In this document: piece by piece, positions 1 to 7,910 of the stretch | How positions within the stretch are numbered: position 1 is the stretch's first letter | Layout of the letters: the number at the start of each line of letters is the position of its first letter | Assembly: GCA_964230235.1 (NCBI GenBank) | Contig: CAXRHS010000812.1 | Coordinates: forward strand, 1 to 30,183 | Length of the DNA: 30,183 nucleotides | DNA from: Myxococcota bacterium | GTDB lineage: Bacteria; Myxococcota_A; UBA9042 | Direction of reading: 5' to 3' | Made by a program: the position numbers and the translations under genes | The notes under the pieces: generated by a model | The model's input: only the letters and a program-made list of their open reading frames with translations | Told to the model about the DNA's origin: nothing | The model's database searches: none

Positions 1-1
1 G

Positions 2-163
2 TTTATCGGCGCGGCGCTCGACGCCCACTGGCACAAGGCGGCCGACGAGGCCATGGTCGGGGTGGTGGTGCTCGGCAAGCCGGCGTTGGAGATGAAACCC
101 GTGCGCTACAAGCGGCCTGAAGAACTGACGCTGTGGCTCGACGTGCCCGAGATCGGGCTGTAG
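2..163 (+). CDS. 3' end of a hypothetical protein running in from the left edge
   Basis: Open frame from base 2 (FIGAALDAHW...LDVPEIGL) with GC-rich third positions; TAG at 161-163, 7 nt before the tgt start. Too short to assign. Confidence 0.5.
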   Translation, partial: FIGAALDAHWHKAADEAMVGVVVLGKPALEMKPVRYKRPEELTLWLDVPEIGL

Positions 164-170
164 GCAGCAG

Positions 171-1298
171 GTGTATCGCTTTGACCTGCAGCATGTGTGC
201 GCCCAGACGGGCGCGCGCGCCGGCCGCCTGCAACTGACGCATGGCGAGGTCCTGACCCCGATCTTCATGCCCGTCGGCACCCAGGCGACGGTCAAGGGCC
301 TGCAGCCGCGCGACGTCGTGCAGACCGGCGCGCAGATCATCTTGGCCAACACCTACCACCTGATGCTGCGCCCGGGTGCCGATCGGATCGCTGCGGCGGG
401 CGGTCTGCACCGTTTCATGGCGTGGGACAAGCCGGTGCTCACCGACTCGGGCGGCTTTCAGGTCTATTCGCTGGCCAAAATTCGCAAGGTCACCGACGAC
501 GGCGCGGTATTCCAGAGCCACTTGGACGGCAGCCGCCACGTGCTTGACGCCGAGCGCGCGGTGGCGCTGCAAGAAGCGTTTGGCAGCGACATCTTGATGG
601 CGTTTGACCAGTGCCCGCCCGCTACAGCCGATGCCCGCGAAATCGCCCGCGCTTGTCGGCGCACCACCGCCTGGCTCGACCGCTGCCTTGCTGCTCGCAG
701 GCGCCAGCAAGACTGTGCCCTGTACGGCATCGTGCAAGGCGGCATCGATTTGGGCCAGCGCAGCGCCCACGTGGCAGAAATCTGCGCCCGCGACGGCTGC
801 GAAGGGTTTGCGATTGGCGGCCTGTCGGTCGGCGAATCATGCGAGCAGATGTGGCAGACCTGCGCCCACACCGCGCGCCAGATGCCGACGCACAAGGCCC
901 GCTATCTGATGGGCGTCGGCACGCCCGAAGACCTGCTGCACTGCATCGGCTCTGGCGTCGACCAGTTCGACTGCGTCATGCCAAGTCGAAACGCCCGCCA
1001 CGGCATCGTGTTTACCCACGACGGCAAGCTGTCGATCAAAAACCGGCGCTTTTTCGACGACGACGGTCCGCTCGATCCCGACTGCGCCTGCGCGGTGTGC
1101 GCGACGTTTTCGCGATCGTACCTGCGACACTTGTTCGTCGCCGGTGAGCTGCTGGCCGCGACGCTTTTGACCAAGCACAACCTGTCGTTCTACCTGCAGC
1201 TGGTCGGTGCCGCTCGGGCCGCGATCCTGGCGGACCGCTATGGCGACTGGTCCACGGCGATGCTTGCGCGGCTGGGCAGCAAGCGCTGGGTGGCGTAG
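171..1298 (+). CDS. tgt: Queuine tRNA-ribosyltransferase (tRNA-guanine transglycosylase)
   Basis: Motifs TPIFMPVGT, ILANTYHL, LTDSGGFQV, YLMGVG, DQFDCVMP and Zn site CACAVC...H; GTG start. Confidence 0.97.
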   Translation: MYRFDLQHVCAQTGARAGRLQLTHGEVLTPIFMPVGTQATVKGLQPRDVVQTGAQIILANTYHLMLRPGADRIAAAGGLHRFMAWDKPVLTDSGGFQVYSLAKIRKVTDDGAVFQSHLDGSRHVLDAERAVALQEAFGSDILMAFDQCPPATADAREIARACRRTTAWLDRCLAARRRQQDCALYGIVQGGIDLGQRSAHVAEICARDGCEGFAIGGLSVGESCEQMWQTCAHTARQMPTHKARYLMGVGTPEDLLHCIGSGVDQFDCVMPSRNARHGIVFTHDGKLSIKNRRFFDDDGPLDPDCACAVCATFSRSYLRHLFVAGELLAATLLTKHNLSFYLQLVGAARAAILADRYGDWSTAMLARLGSKRWVA

Positions 1299-1335
1299 GA
1301 ACTGTCCCAAAATAGGTCATTTTGGGACCGGTTCC
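1298..1335 (+). terminator. Stem-loop immediately after the tgt stop
   Basis: Perfect 10-bp inverted repeat GTCCCAAAAT (1304-1313) / ATTTTGGGAC (1319-1328), extended by GGAAC/GTTCC. No U-tract, so terminator function is uncertain. Confidence 0.45.
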
Positions 1336-1348
1336 ATTGGCTAGCCGG

Positions 1349-1394
1349 GTGGGTCGCAAGCTCGCGTCTTTGCAAGCCGACTCGCCGCTCCGCT
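1349..1394 (+). repeat. REP-like structured repeat, copy 1
   Basis: GTGGGTCGCAAGCTCGCGTCTTTGCAAGCCGACTCGCCGCTCCGCT; 46/46 identical to 26193-26238 and 40/43 to the reverse complement at 24231-24273. Confidence 0.9.
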
Positions 1395-1511
1395 GGTTTG
1401 GCCAGCGACCGAGTTCATCTCGGACAAATCGTTGCCGGAACAATTGGCCGGTCTGGGGTATTGTGGCGGGCGGCGGCAATCACGCGCCGAGCGGGGGATC
1501 CCTTGCAGACC

Positions 1512-2651
1512 ATGCTGTTGTGGCGTGCGGCGTTGACCGCTTGCGCCGCGTGTGTCGCCATCGCTTGCACGCGCACCGAACCCGTGGTCGCGCCCACCAC
1601 CCAGGCGCCGCCGCCGGCCGCGCTGCACAAGGCCAAAATGGCAAATGGCATGTACCACAAGCCCGCCCAGGACGAACTGCGCCGCCGGCTGACCCCCATC
1701 CAGTACCGCGTGACCCAAGAGGACGCGACCGAACCCCCGTTTCGCAACGCGTATTTCGACCACCACGACGAGGGTCTGTACGTCGACGTCGCCACGGGCG
1801 AGCCGCTGTTCAGCTCGCGCGACAAGTTTGACTCGGGCACCGGGTGGCCCAGTTTTGTGCGCACCGTCGAAGACGGCCGGGTGGTCGAGAAGAAAGACGC
1901 TTCGCACGGCATGGTCCGGGTCGAAGTGCGCAGCAAGGCAGGCGACTCGCACCTGGGCCACCTTTTCGACGACGGCCCGGCGCCGACCGGGATGCGCTAC
2001 TGCATCAATTCCGCGTCCTTGCGCTTTGTCCCGGTGGCGCAACTGCAAGCGGAAGGCTACGGCGCCTACCTGGCTAAATTCGCCGGCAGCGCCGCGGCTT
2101 TGCCCGCCGACAGCAGCAACGTGTGCGCCACCCCCAAGCCGGGCGAGAAGGCGGGCTGCGAGGCGACCTTGGAAGAGATCATCCTGGCCGGCGGCTGCTA
2201 CTGGGGCATGGAAGAAATCCTGCGCAATGTCAAAGGCGTTGTCGATACCGAAGTCGGCTTTTGCGGCGGCCACACCCGCAATCCCCATTACGACGACACC
2301 CACGACGGCCGCACCGGCCACGCCGAGTCGGTGCGGGTGGTGTTCGATCCCAAGCTGCTGCCCATCGAAGAACTGCTCGACAAGTGGTTCTTTCGCATGC
2401 ACGACCCGACTACCGCCGATCGCCAAGGCAATGACGTCGGCAGCCAGTACCGGTCGGCGATCTTTTACACCAGCGAAAGTCAGCGGGTCGTCGCCGAAGC
2501 TGCCAAGGTGCGCGCCGGGCAGAGCGGCCTGTGGAAGCGGCCGATCGTGACCGAGATCAAGGCCGCGGGGCCCTTTTGGCCGGCGCACGCGGCGCATCAG
2601 GATTACCTGCAGAAGAATCCGGGCGGGTATACGTGCCATTATTTGCGGTAG
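1512..2651 (+). CDS. msrAB: Bifunctional methionine sulfoxide reductase, MsrB-MsrA order, with probable lipoprotein signal
   Basis: MsrB motifs [25 protein letters not shown]; MsrA motifs [40 protein letters not shown]. Start placed at ATG 1512 ([19 protein letters not shown]) rather than ORF-track 1398, which overlaps the repeat. Confidence 0.93.
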   Translation: MLLWRAALTACAACVAIACTRTEPVVAPTTQAPPPAALHKAKMANGMYHKPAQDELRRRLTPIQYRVTQEDATEPPFRNAYFDHHDEGLYVDVATGEPLFSSRDKFDSGTGWPSFVRTVEDGRVVEKKDASHGMVRVEVRSKAGDSHLGHLFDDGPAPTGMRYCINSASLRFVPVAQLQAEGYGAYLAKFAGSAAALPADSSNVCATPKPGEKAGCEATLEEIILAGGCYWGMEEILRNVKGVVDTEVGFCGGHTRNPHYDDTHDGRTGHAESVRVVFDPKLLPIEELLDKWFFRMHDPTTADRQGNDVGSQYRSAIFYTSESQRVVAEAAKVRAGQSGLWKRPIVTEIKAAGPFWPAHAAHQDYLQKNPGGYTCHYLR

Positions 2652-2672
2652 TGCCTCTCGCGCAGCTGTCAC

Positions 2673-2702
2673 TTGCCCCTGCCCGGTGGTCACGCGTACC
2701 CT
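2673..2702 (+). promoter_or_regulatory. Possible sigma70-type promoter for the small ORF / ATPase pair
   Basis: TTGCCC (2673-2678)-N18-TACCCT (2697-2702). Confidence 0.35.
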
Positions 2703-2778
2703 GTCGGCTGCGGCTTGTGCCGCCATCACCCAGGCCATGTCGCAGCAACCTCCGCCGTCGCCGCAACCACGAGATTGC

Positions 2779-2937
2779 ATGGCGCCAGACACGGACCCCA
2801 CCGAAGAAGAACTGGCCGCCGTCACCGACGCCGTGGCCGTTGTCCTGCAGATGCGTGCCGAGCAAGCGGCACGCATTCATAGCGAGCGGTTGGCAGCGGC
2901 CTTGCGAGATGCGGGTGTGCCCGCGGGGCAGCCGTGA
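2779..2937 (+). CDS. Small hypothetical protein, candidate partner of the downstream ATPase
   Basis: MAPDTDPTEEELAAV...; its stop overlaps the next start (GTGA). Alternative in-frame starts at 2737 and 2686. Confidence 0.5.
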   Translation: MAPDTDPTEEELAAVTDAVAVVLQMRAEQAARIHSERLAAALRDAGVPAGQP

Positions 2938-3536
2938 CGCAGCGACCGCGGTTGCTTGTCGTTGCCGGCCCCAACGGATCGGGCAAGACCACAGTCACGG
3001 AGCGAGGACTCGCCCACACGTGGTTCGCAGGCTGTGCGTATGTCAATCCTGACTTGATTGCGCAGCGAGAGCTTGGCGATTGGAACAATCCGGCCGCAGT
3101 GCTGGAAGCAGCGCGCATTGCGACTGTGCGGCGGCAAGGCTGCATCGACGAAGGGCGAAGTCTGGCCTTTGAGACCGTCTTCTCTGCGCGGGACAAGGTC
3201 GAATTCGTGCGAAACGCGCGGAGGCGTGGCTACTTCTGCCGACTGTTTTTCGTTGGCACAGCCAGTGCCACCATCAACGCCGCGCGTGTAGCCGATCGGG
3301 TCATGGCCGGCGGCCACGATGTGCCGATTCGCAAGATCATCGATCGCTATTACCGATCGATCGGCAACTGCGCAGCGGTGGCGGCCGAGGTCGACCGGTT
3401 GTACCTGTACGACAATTCGGTCGACGGCGCCGCGCCCCGGCTGTTCATGCGGGCCGTTGAAGGAAGAATAGCCAGAGATTACGGCGATGTGCCGGCATGG
3501 GCGATCGAGGTCGTGCGCCGTCTGCGCGCAGGTTGA
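2934..3536 (+). CDS. Zeta-toxin-like / COG4185-type P-loop ATPase
   Basis: VAGPNGSGKT Walker A, YVNPD, AFETVFS, RV..GGHDVP...I.DRY and LYDNS motifs typical of this family. Confidence 0.85.
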   Translation: MTQRPRLLVVAGPNGSGKTTVTERGLAHTWFAGCAYVNPDLIAQRELGDWNNPAAVLEAARIATVRRQGCIDEGRSLAFETVFSARDKVEFVRNARRRGYFCRLFFVGTASATINAARVADRVMAGGHDVPIRKIIDRYYRSIGNCAAVAAEVDRLYLYDNSVDGAAPRLFMRAVEGRIARDYGDVPAWAIEVVRRLRAG

Positions 3537-3709
3537 GACCGACCTGCGTGCGGCAAGCCAGCGATTTCTCTGGCCGGCGAGCGCAAGATCGTCTCCACCG
3601 AGAGCTTGCGAACCGCCGCGCCGTCCTGTCCCGATCAGGCTGCATGGCCTCGCCCGCAGCCCTGCGCTAGACTGCCGGCCCCGCGCCCACCCGGCGCACC
3701 CGGCCCGCG

Positions 3710-5341
3710 ATGCCCCCGCCGTCCCCGGTTTCGACGTTTGCCCCCGCGCCGCCCGGCTTTGGCTGCCCGCCGCTGGACTTGGAGGCGGCCACGGTCGACC
3801 GCTGCCGGTCGCTGGCGCGGACCATCGCCAGCGAGGTCACCGCGTTCAGCCGTCGCCACAGCACTGTCGCCACCGAGCGCACAGTGTTGCGGTTGTGCGG
3901 TGTGCGCGGGGCCGACGCCGATGGCGTTCCTTACGTCAACCGCGTGGTCGACGCAGCGCGCGCAACGGGCCTGCTGACCGCCGGCATTGCCCGGCCGTTC
4001 TTCGCGACCGCCGGCGCCCACAACCTGACGGTGCAGGCCTGCGCCGAAGCGATCGCCGCTGGCACGGTCGCCCTGCAAGTTCCCGCGGCCCGCGACCTTG
4101 CGGCGGTTGACGCCCAAGCTGCGCGCGCGGCCGACGTCGGCGTCGACGCGATCCTGGCCCAGCGTGCCACCCGCACGCGGTTGCTGCGCGAACTCGGCAG
4201 CGGCAGCCAGCCGCTGTGCTACGTGATTGTCGCGACCGGCAACATCTTTGAAGATGTCGTGCAAGCCCGCGTCGCCGCGCGCCAGGGCGCCGACGTCATC
4301 GCGGTCATTCGCTCGACCGGGCAGTCGCTGCTCGACTACGTGCCCGAAGGCACCACCACCGAAGGCTATGGCGGTACCTATGCCACGGGTGCCAATTTCG
4401 CGCTGATGCGCCAGGCCCTGGACGAAGTCGGGGCGGAACTGGGCCGCTACATCCGGTTGTGCAACTACGCATCGGGCCTGTGCATGCCCGAGATCGCGTG
4501 CCTGGGCGGTCTGGAACGCCTGGACATGATGCTCAACGACGCTCTGTATGGCATCTTGTTCCGCGACATCAACATGCAGCGCACGCTGTGCGACCAGCGG
4601 GCATCGCGGCGCCTCAGCGCGCTGGCCGGCATCGTCATCAACACCGGCGAAGACAACTACCTGACCACCGCTGATGCCGTAGACGCGGCGCACACGGTGG
4701 TCGCCTCGACGCTGGTCAACGAAGCGCTGGCGCGCGACTGTGGCCTGCAGACCTGGCAGCTGGGCCTGGGCCATGCGATGGAAATCGACCCGCTACGGCC
4801 CGATGCGCTGCAACTGGAGATCGCCCACGCGCTGCTGATTCGCACGCTGTTTCCGGGCGCACCGCTCAAGTACATGCCGCCGACCAAGCACATGACCGGC
4901 AACGTGCTGCGCGGCCACGTGCAAGACGCGCTGTTCAACCTGGTGACGGTGCTGACCGGTCAGGGCATCTGCCTGCTCGGCATGGCCACGGAAGCGATGC
5001 ACACGCCACACATCCACGACCGCTATTGGGCGCTGGAGTCGGCGCGCATGATCTTTGGCGGCGGCCGCGGCCTGGGTAGTGACCTGCTGGTGCGCTCCGA
5101 GGGCGAGATCGCCACGCGGGCCCGGCTGGTGCTCGACGAGGCGCTGGCGCTGTTGGAAAAACTCGCGCAATCGGGTCTGATGGCCGGCCTGGCGCGCGGC
5201 CTTTTCGCCGACATCGCGCGCGACCCCGCAGGTGGCCGCGGCCTGGACGGCGTATTTGCGCGCGCCGACGACTACTTTGACCCGGCCGAGGCGCGCATCG
5301 ACCGCGAGCTGGCACGCCTGGGTGCCGCGGAGGCCGCATGA
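3710..5341 (+). CDS. kamD: Lysine 5,6-aminomutase alpha subunit
   Basis: TVATERTVLRL, YVIVATGNIFED, AVIRSTGQSLLDYVP, NYASGLCMPEIA, INTGEDNY, LKYMPPTKHMTGN. Confidence 0.95.
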   Translation: MPPPSPVSTFAPAPPGFGCPPLDLEAATVDRCRSLARTIASEVTAFSRRHSTVATERTVLRLCGVRGADADGVPYVNRVVDAARATGLLTAGIARPFFATAGAHNLTVQACAEAIAAGTVALQVPAARDLAAVDAQAARAADVGVDAILAQRATRTRLLRELGSGSQPLCYVIVATGNIFEDVVQARVAARQGADVIAVIRSTGQSLLDYVPEGTTTEGYGGTYATGANFALMRQALDEVGAELGRYIRLCNYASGLCMPEIACLGGLERLDMMLNDALYGILFRDINMQRTLCDQRASRRLSALAGIVINTGEDNYLTTADAVDAAHTVVASTLVNEALARDCGLQTWQLGLGHAMEIDPLRPDALQLEIAHALLIRTLFPGAPLKYMPPTKHMTGNVLRGHVQDALFNLVTVLTGQGICLLGMATEAMHTPHIHDRYWALESARMIFGGGRGLGSDLLVRSEGEIATRARLVLDEALALLEKLAQSGLMAGLARGLFADIARDPAGGRGLDGVFARADDYFDPAEARIDRELARLGAAEAA

Positions 5342-6129
5342 ACCCGCACGGCCGCTCGGGTGCCCAGCCGCCGGATCTGAGCCGGGTGCGCGCGTATGGC
5401 GACACCTTGGACGACGGGCAGGTGATGTTGTCGTTCTCGCTGCCGGTGCCGTATGGCGACGAAGCGCGCGAAGCGGCCCGCCAGCTGGTGCGGCAAATGG
5501 GCCTGCACGAACCGCAGGTCTACCACGCCCACGACCTGGGCGAGGGCTACACGTACTTCACGGTCTACGCCAAAAGTCCGTTTTCGGTGGACTTTACCGC
5601 CATTTCGGTTCCCAAGGTCGCCGGCCGCAAACTGGACCACAAGGCGGTCGAGCACCTGTGGCACGGGCACTTTGCCGACCGCAAGCTGCGCATCCTCGGC
5701 GCGTGCACCGGCGACGACGCCCACACCGTCGGCATTGACGCGATCTGCAATGTCAAAGGCTGGCGCGGCGACAAGGGTCTGGAGAGCTACAGCTGTTTTT
5801 CGGTCAAGAACCTCGGCGCCCAGGTCAGCAATGACCGCCTGGTGACCGAAATCCGCGCGTTTGGTGCCGACGCGGTGTTGGTGTCGCAGGTGGTGACCCA
5901 AAAGGACTGCCACCGCAGCAACCTCGCAGCGCTGGTTGACCTATTGGAAGCGGAAGACCTGCGCGATCAGGTGACGCTTTTGTGCGGCGGGCCGCGGCTG
6001 TCGCACGCGGTGGCGTTGGAGCTGGGCTTTGACGCCGGCTTTGGCCCAGGAACCGTGCCGAGCGAAGTGGCGGGTTTTCTGGTGCAGGATGCGGTAGCCC
6101 GGGTCAGCGCCGCGCGGCCGTCGCTGTAG
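5338..6129 (+). CDS. kamE: Lysine 5,6-aminomutase beta subunit (B12-binding)
   Basis: RAYGDTLDDG N-terminus, cobalamin motif DAHTVGIDAI, PLP lysine in NVKG, GGPRLSH..A.ELGFDAGFGPGT; ATGA overlap with kamD. Confidence 0.95.
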   Translation: MNPHGRSGAQPPDLSRVRAYGDTLDDGQVMLSFSLPVPYGDEAREAARQLVRQMGLHEPQVYHAHDLGEGYTYFTVYAKSPFSVDFTAISVPKVAGRKLDHKAVEHLWHGHFADRKLRILGACTGDDAHTVGIDAICNVKGWRGDKGLESYSCFSVKNLGAQVSNDRLVTEIRAFGADAVLVSQVVTQKDCHRSNLAALVDLLEAEDLRDQVTLLCGGPRLSHAVALELGFDAGFGPGTVPSEVAGFLVQDAVARVSAARPSL

Positions 6130-6141
6130 CGAAAACCGCCG

Positions 6142-7863
6142 TCAAAACTTCCACAACCAGATCGCGTCGACCCGCCAGCTGGTATCGGCTGCCCCGCCCG
6201 CCGCGTTGTCGAACGCGCTGCCCGGCAGCAACACGCTGCTGCGCAGCTGCAATTGGCCCTGGCCCGACGAAACGCCCAGCGCCAGGTCGGGTTCGATGCC
6301 CAGCACGCGGCCCTTGCCCGGGGTGGCGGCGGCGAACATGGCGGCAGCGCCCAAGACACCCACGTCGGCCGACAACCCATAGCCGCCGCCGAGATCCCAG
6401 CCGTGGCGCAGCGCCGGCCGCGCGTACCAGGCGTTGGCGACGGCGCCGATGACATCGCGGAAAAGGATGCCGTCCAGGCGATAGCTCTTGTGGAACCGAA
6501 AGCCGGTCAACAGATCGCGCGGCGCGCCATCGGGCAGGCCGCCGGTCTTGAACGCGGTCTGGTCGCGCACGCCAAAGCCGCCTTCGGTTTCGCCGGTCGC
6601 CAGCCCCAGGTCGAGCTGCCAGGCCTGCGGACCGCGCTGCCAGTTGGCGCGCGCCGCGACGCCGCCGGCGGCAATGGTCTTGTCGTCGGCAGCGCTGGTG
6701 ATGTCGGTGCGGGCCAGGTTGCCATAGACGAACGCGCCTTCCAGTTGCAGGCGCAGCGAGTGGCCGGCCGCTTCGGTCTGCCAATCGAGCGCGCCCTGAA
6801 AGGTCCAGGTGCGCAGCCCGCGGTTGCTGAGCAGGCCACAGTTGGCGCCGCAGTTGGGGTCTTGCAGCTTGTCCAGCGGCGACACCGGTTCGTTCAAGGC
6901 CTGGGTCTCGCTGACCAGCGCAAAGTCCTGGCTCTGCCACAAAAGCGCAATGTCCCAGGTCCAGCCGCGGCTTTTGGTGATCTGGCCGCCGCCCACTTCG
7001 AAATCCCAGCGAATGACGTCGGCGCTATCTTGCAGCGGCAACCCGGTGGATCCGGTGCGCAGCGTGAACGGCACGGCGGTCGAGCCGCCCCAGCTGCCAC
7101 CGACCGCGTTGTTGTAGTTGCCGAGCGCGCTGTCGTCGCTGACCAGCGGCAAGCTGGCAAGGTTGGCGCGCGCGATGGCGGCGCGGATTCCGAACACCTC
7201 GGCACTGAGCTTGATGCGGTCCACGTCGCTTTGGTGGTCCTGGTCCAGGCCGCCGCCCTGGTTGCGCACCATCCCCATGCCGAAATGATCGGGCATGCGG
7301 CCAATCTGCAGGTCGCAGAGCCCGACCAGCCGCGCTTTCCACCACAGGCGCCGCACCCCCAGACTGGAATCGAGCGGCCCCGTGCCGATCGCGCCAGCGG
7401 CAAAGCGGTCGCGCAGGACGCCTTTGTCGACCAGGTTGTTCCACAGACCGGCGGCGTCGATCTGCAGGTGCACGGCCGACCAGTCGCCGACCACGACGGC
7501 CGGATCCAGCCGCAGCCGCAGGTCGCTGCCGAGCAGCCTGCCATCGGTCGGCGGCCCCGGCTTGTCGGCCTGACCGTGGCGCAAATCGAGGCGCGCCGGC
7601 AAAAGCGCATTGTCGGCGTTGAGGCGCACCCCGCCCCAGGCCTCGGCGCGCAGGCGCACGCTGCCCGACCAGTCCAGCCGCACCAGCGTCTGGGTGCGCA
7701 GGGGCAGGGTCGCCGGCCACATCGCGGTCGGATCGTCTCCGCCAGGCGAAGCCGGTGCCGGCCCGGTCGGCGTCGCCTCGGTTGCCAGCTCGACCGCCCG
7801 CGCGCCAAGCGGCCACGCCGCGCACAACAGGCCAGCCGTAGTCAGCAACAGTCGGAAACGCAA
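6142..7863 (-). CDS. Outer-membrane beta-barrel protein, resembling the myxobacterial TIGR04551 family
   Basis: TTG start at 7863 gives signal peptide MRFRLLLTTAGLLCAAWPLGARA. GRMPDHFGMG..N.G...D....SDVDR and FHKSYRLDGILFRDVIG.V.NA.Y.RP match my recollection of the family; C-terminal WLWKF. The ORF-track extension to 8589 overlaps the next gene. Confidence 0.72.
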   Translation of the reverse strand: MRFRLLLTTAGLLCAAWPLGARAVELATEATPTGPAPASPGGDDPTAMWPATLPLRTQTLVRLDWSGSVRLRAEAWGGVRLNADNALLPARLDLRHGQADKPGPPTDGRLLGSDLRLRLDPAVVVGDWSAVHLQIDAAGLWNNLVDKGVLRDRFAAGAIGTGPLDSSLGVRRLWWKARLVGLCDLQIGRMPDHFGMGMVRNQGGGLDQDHQSDVDRIKLSAEVFGIRAAIARANLASLPLVSDDSALGNYNNAVGGSWGGSTAVPFTLRTGSTGLPLQDSADVIRWDFEVGGGQITKSRGWTWDIALLWQSQDFALVSETQALNEPVSPLDKLQDPNCGANCGLLSNRGLRTWTFQGALDWQTEAAGHSLRLQLEGAFVYGNLARTDITSAADDKTIAAGGVAARANWQRGPQAWQLDLGLATGETEGGFGVRDQTAFKTGGLPDGAPRDLLTGFRFHKSYRLDGILFRDVIGAVANAWYARPALRHGWDLGGGYGLSADVGVLGAAAMFAAATPGKGRVLGIEPDLALGVSSGQGQLQLRSSVLLPGSAFDNAAGGAADTSWRVDAIWLWKF

Positions 7864-7910
7864 AGCAGTCAGGGGGTGTCCAGCAGGGCCGCGGGTCGGC
7901 AAAAGGGCCG

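Noticed and set aside
1351-1358. Shared GGGTCGCA between the REP-like element and the 22-bp repeats (minus strand)
   Set aside because: An 8-bp GC-rich match with unrelated flanks is expected by chance.
3537-3709. Riboswitch (lysine or cobalamin) upstream of kamD
   Set aside because: Only short hairpins (CGCAAG/CTTGCG, GGCTGC/GCAGCC); no conserved aptamer motifs recognised.
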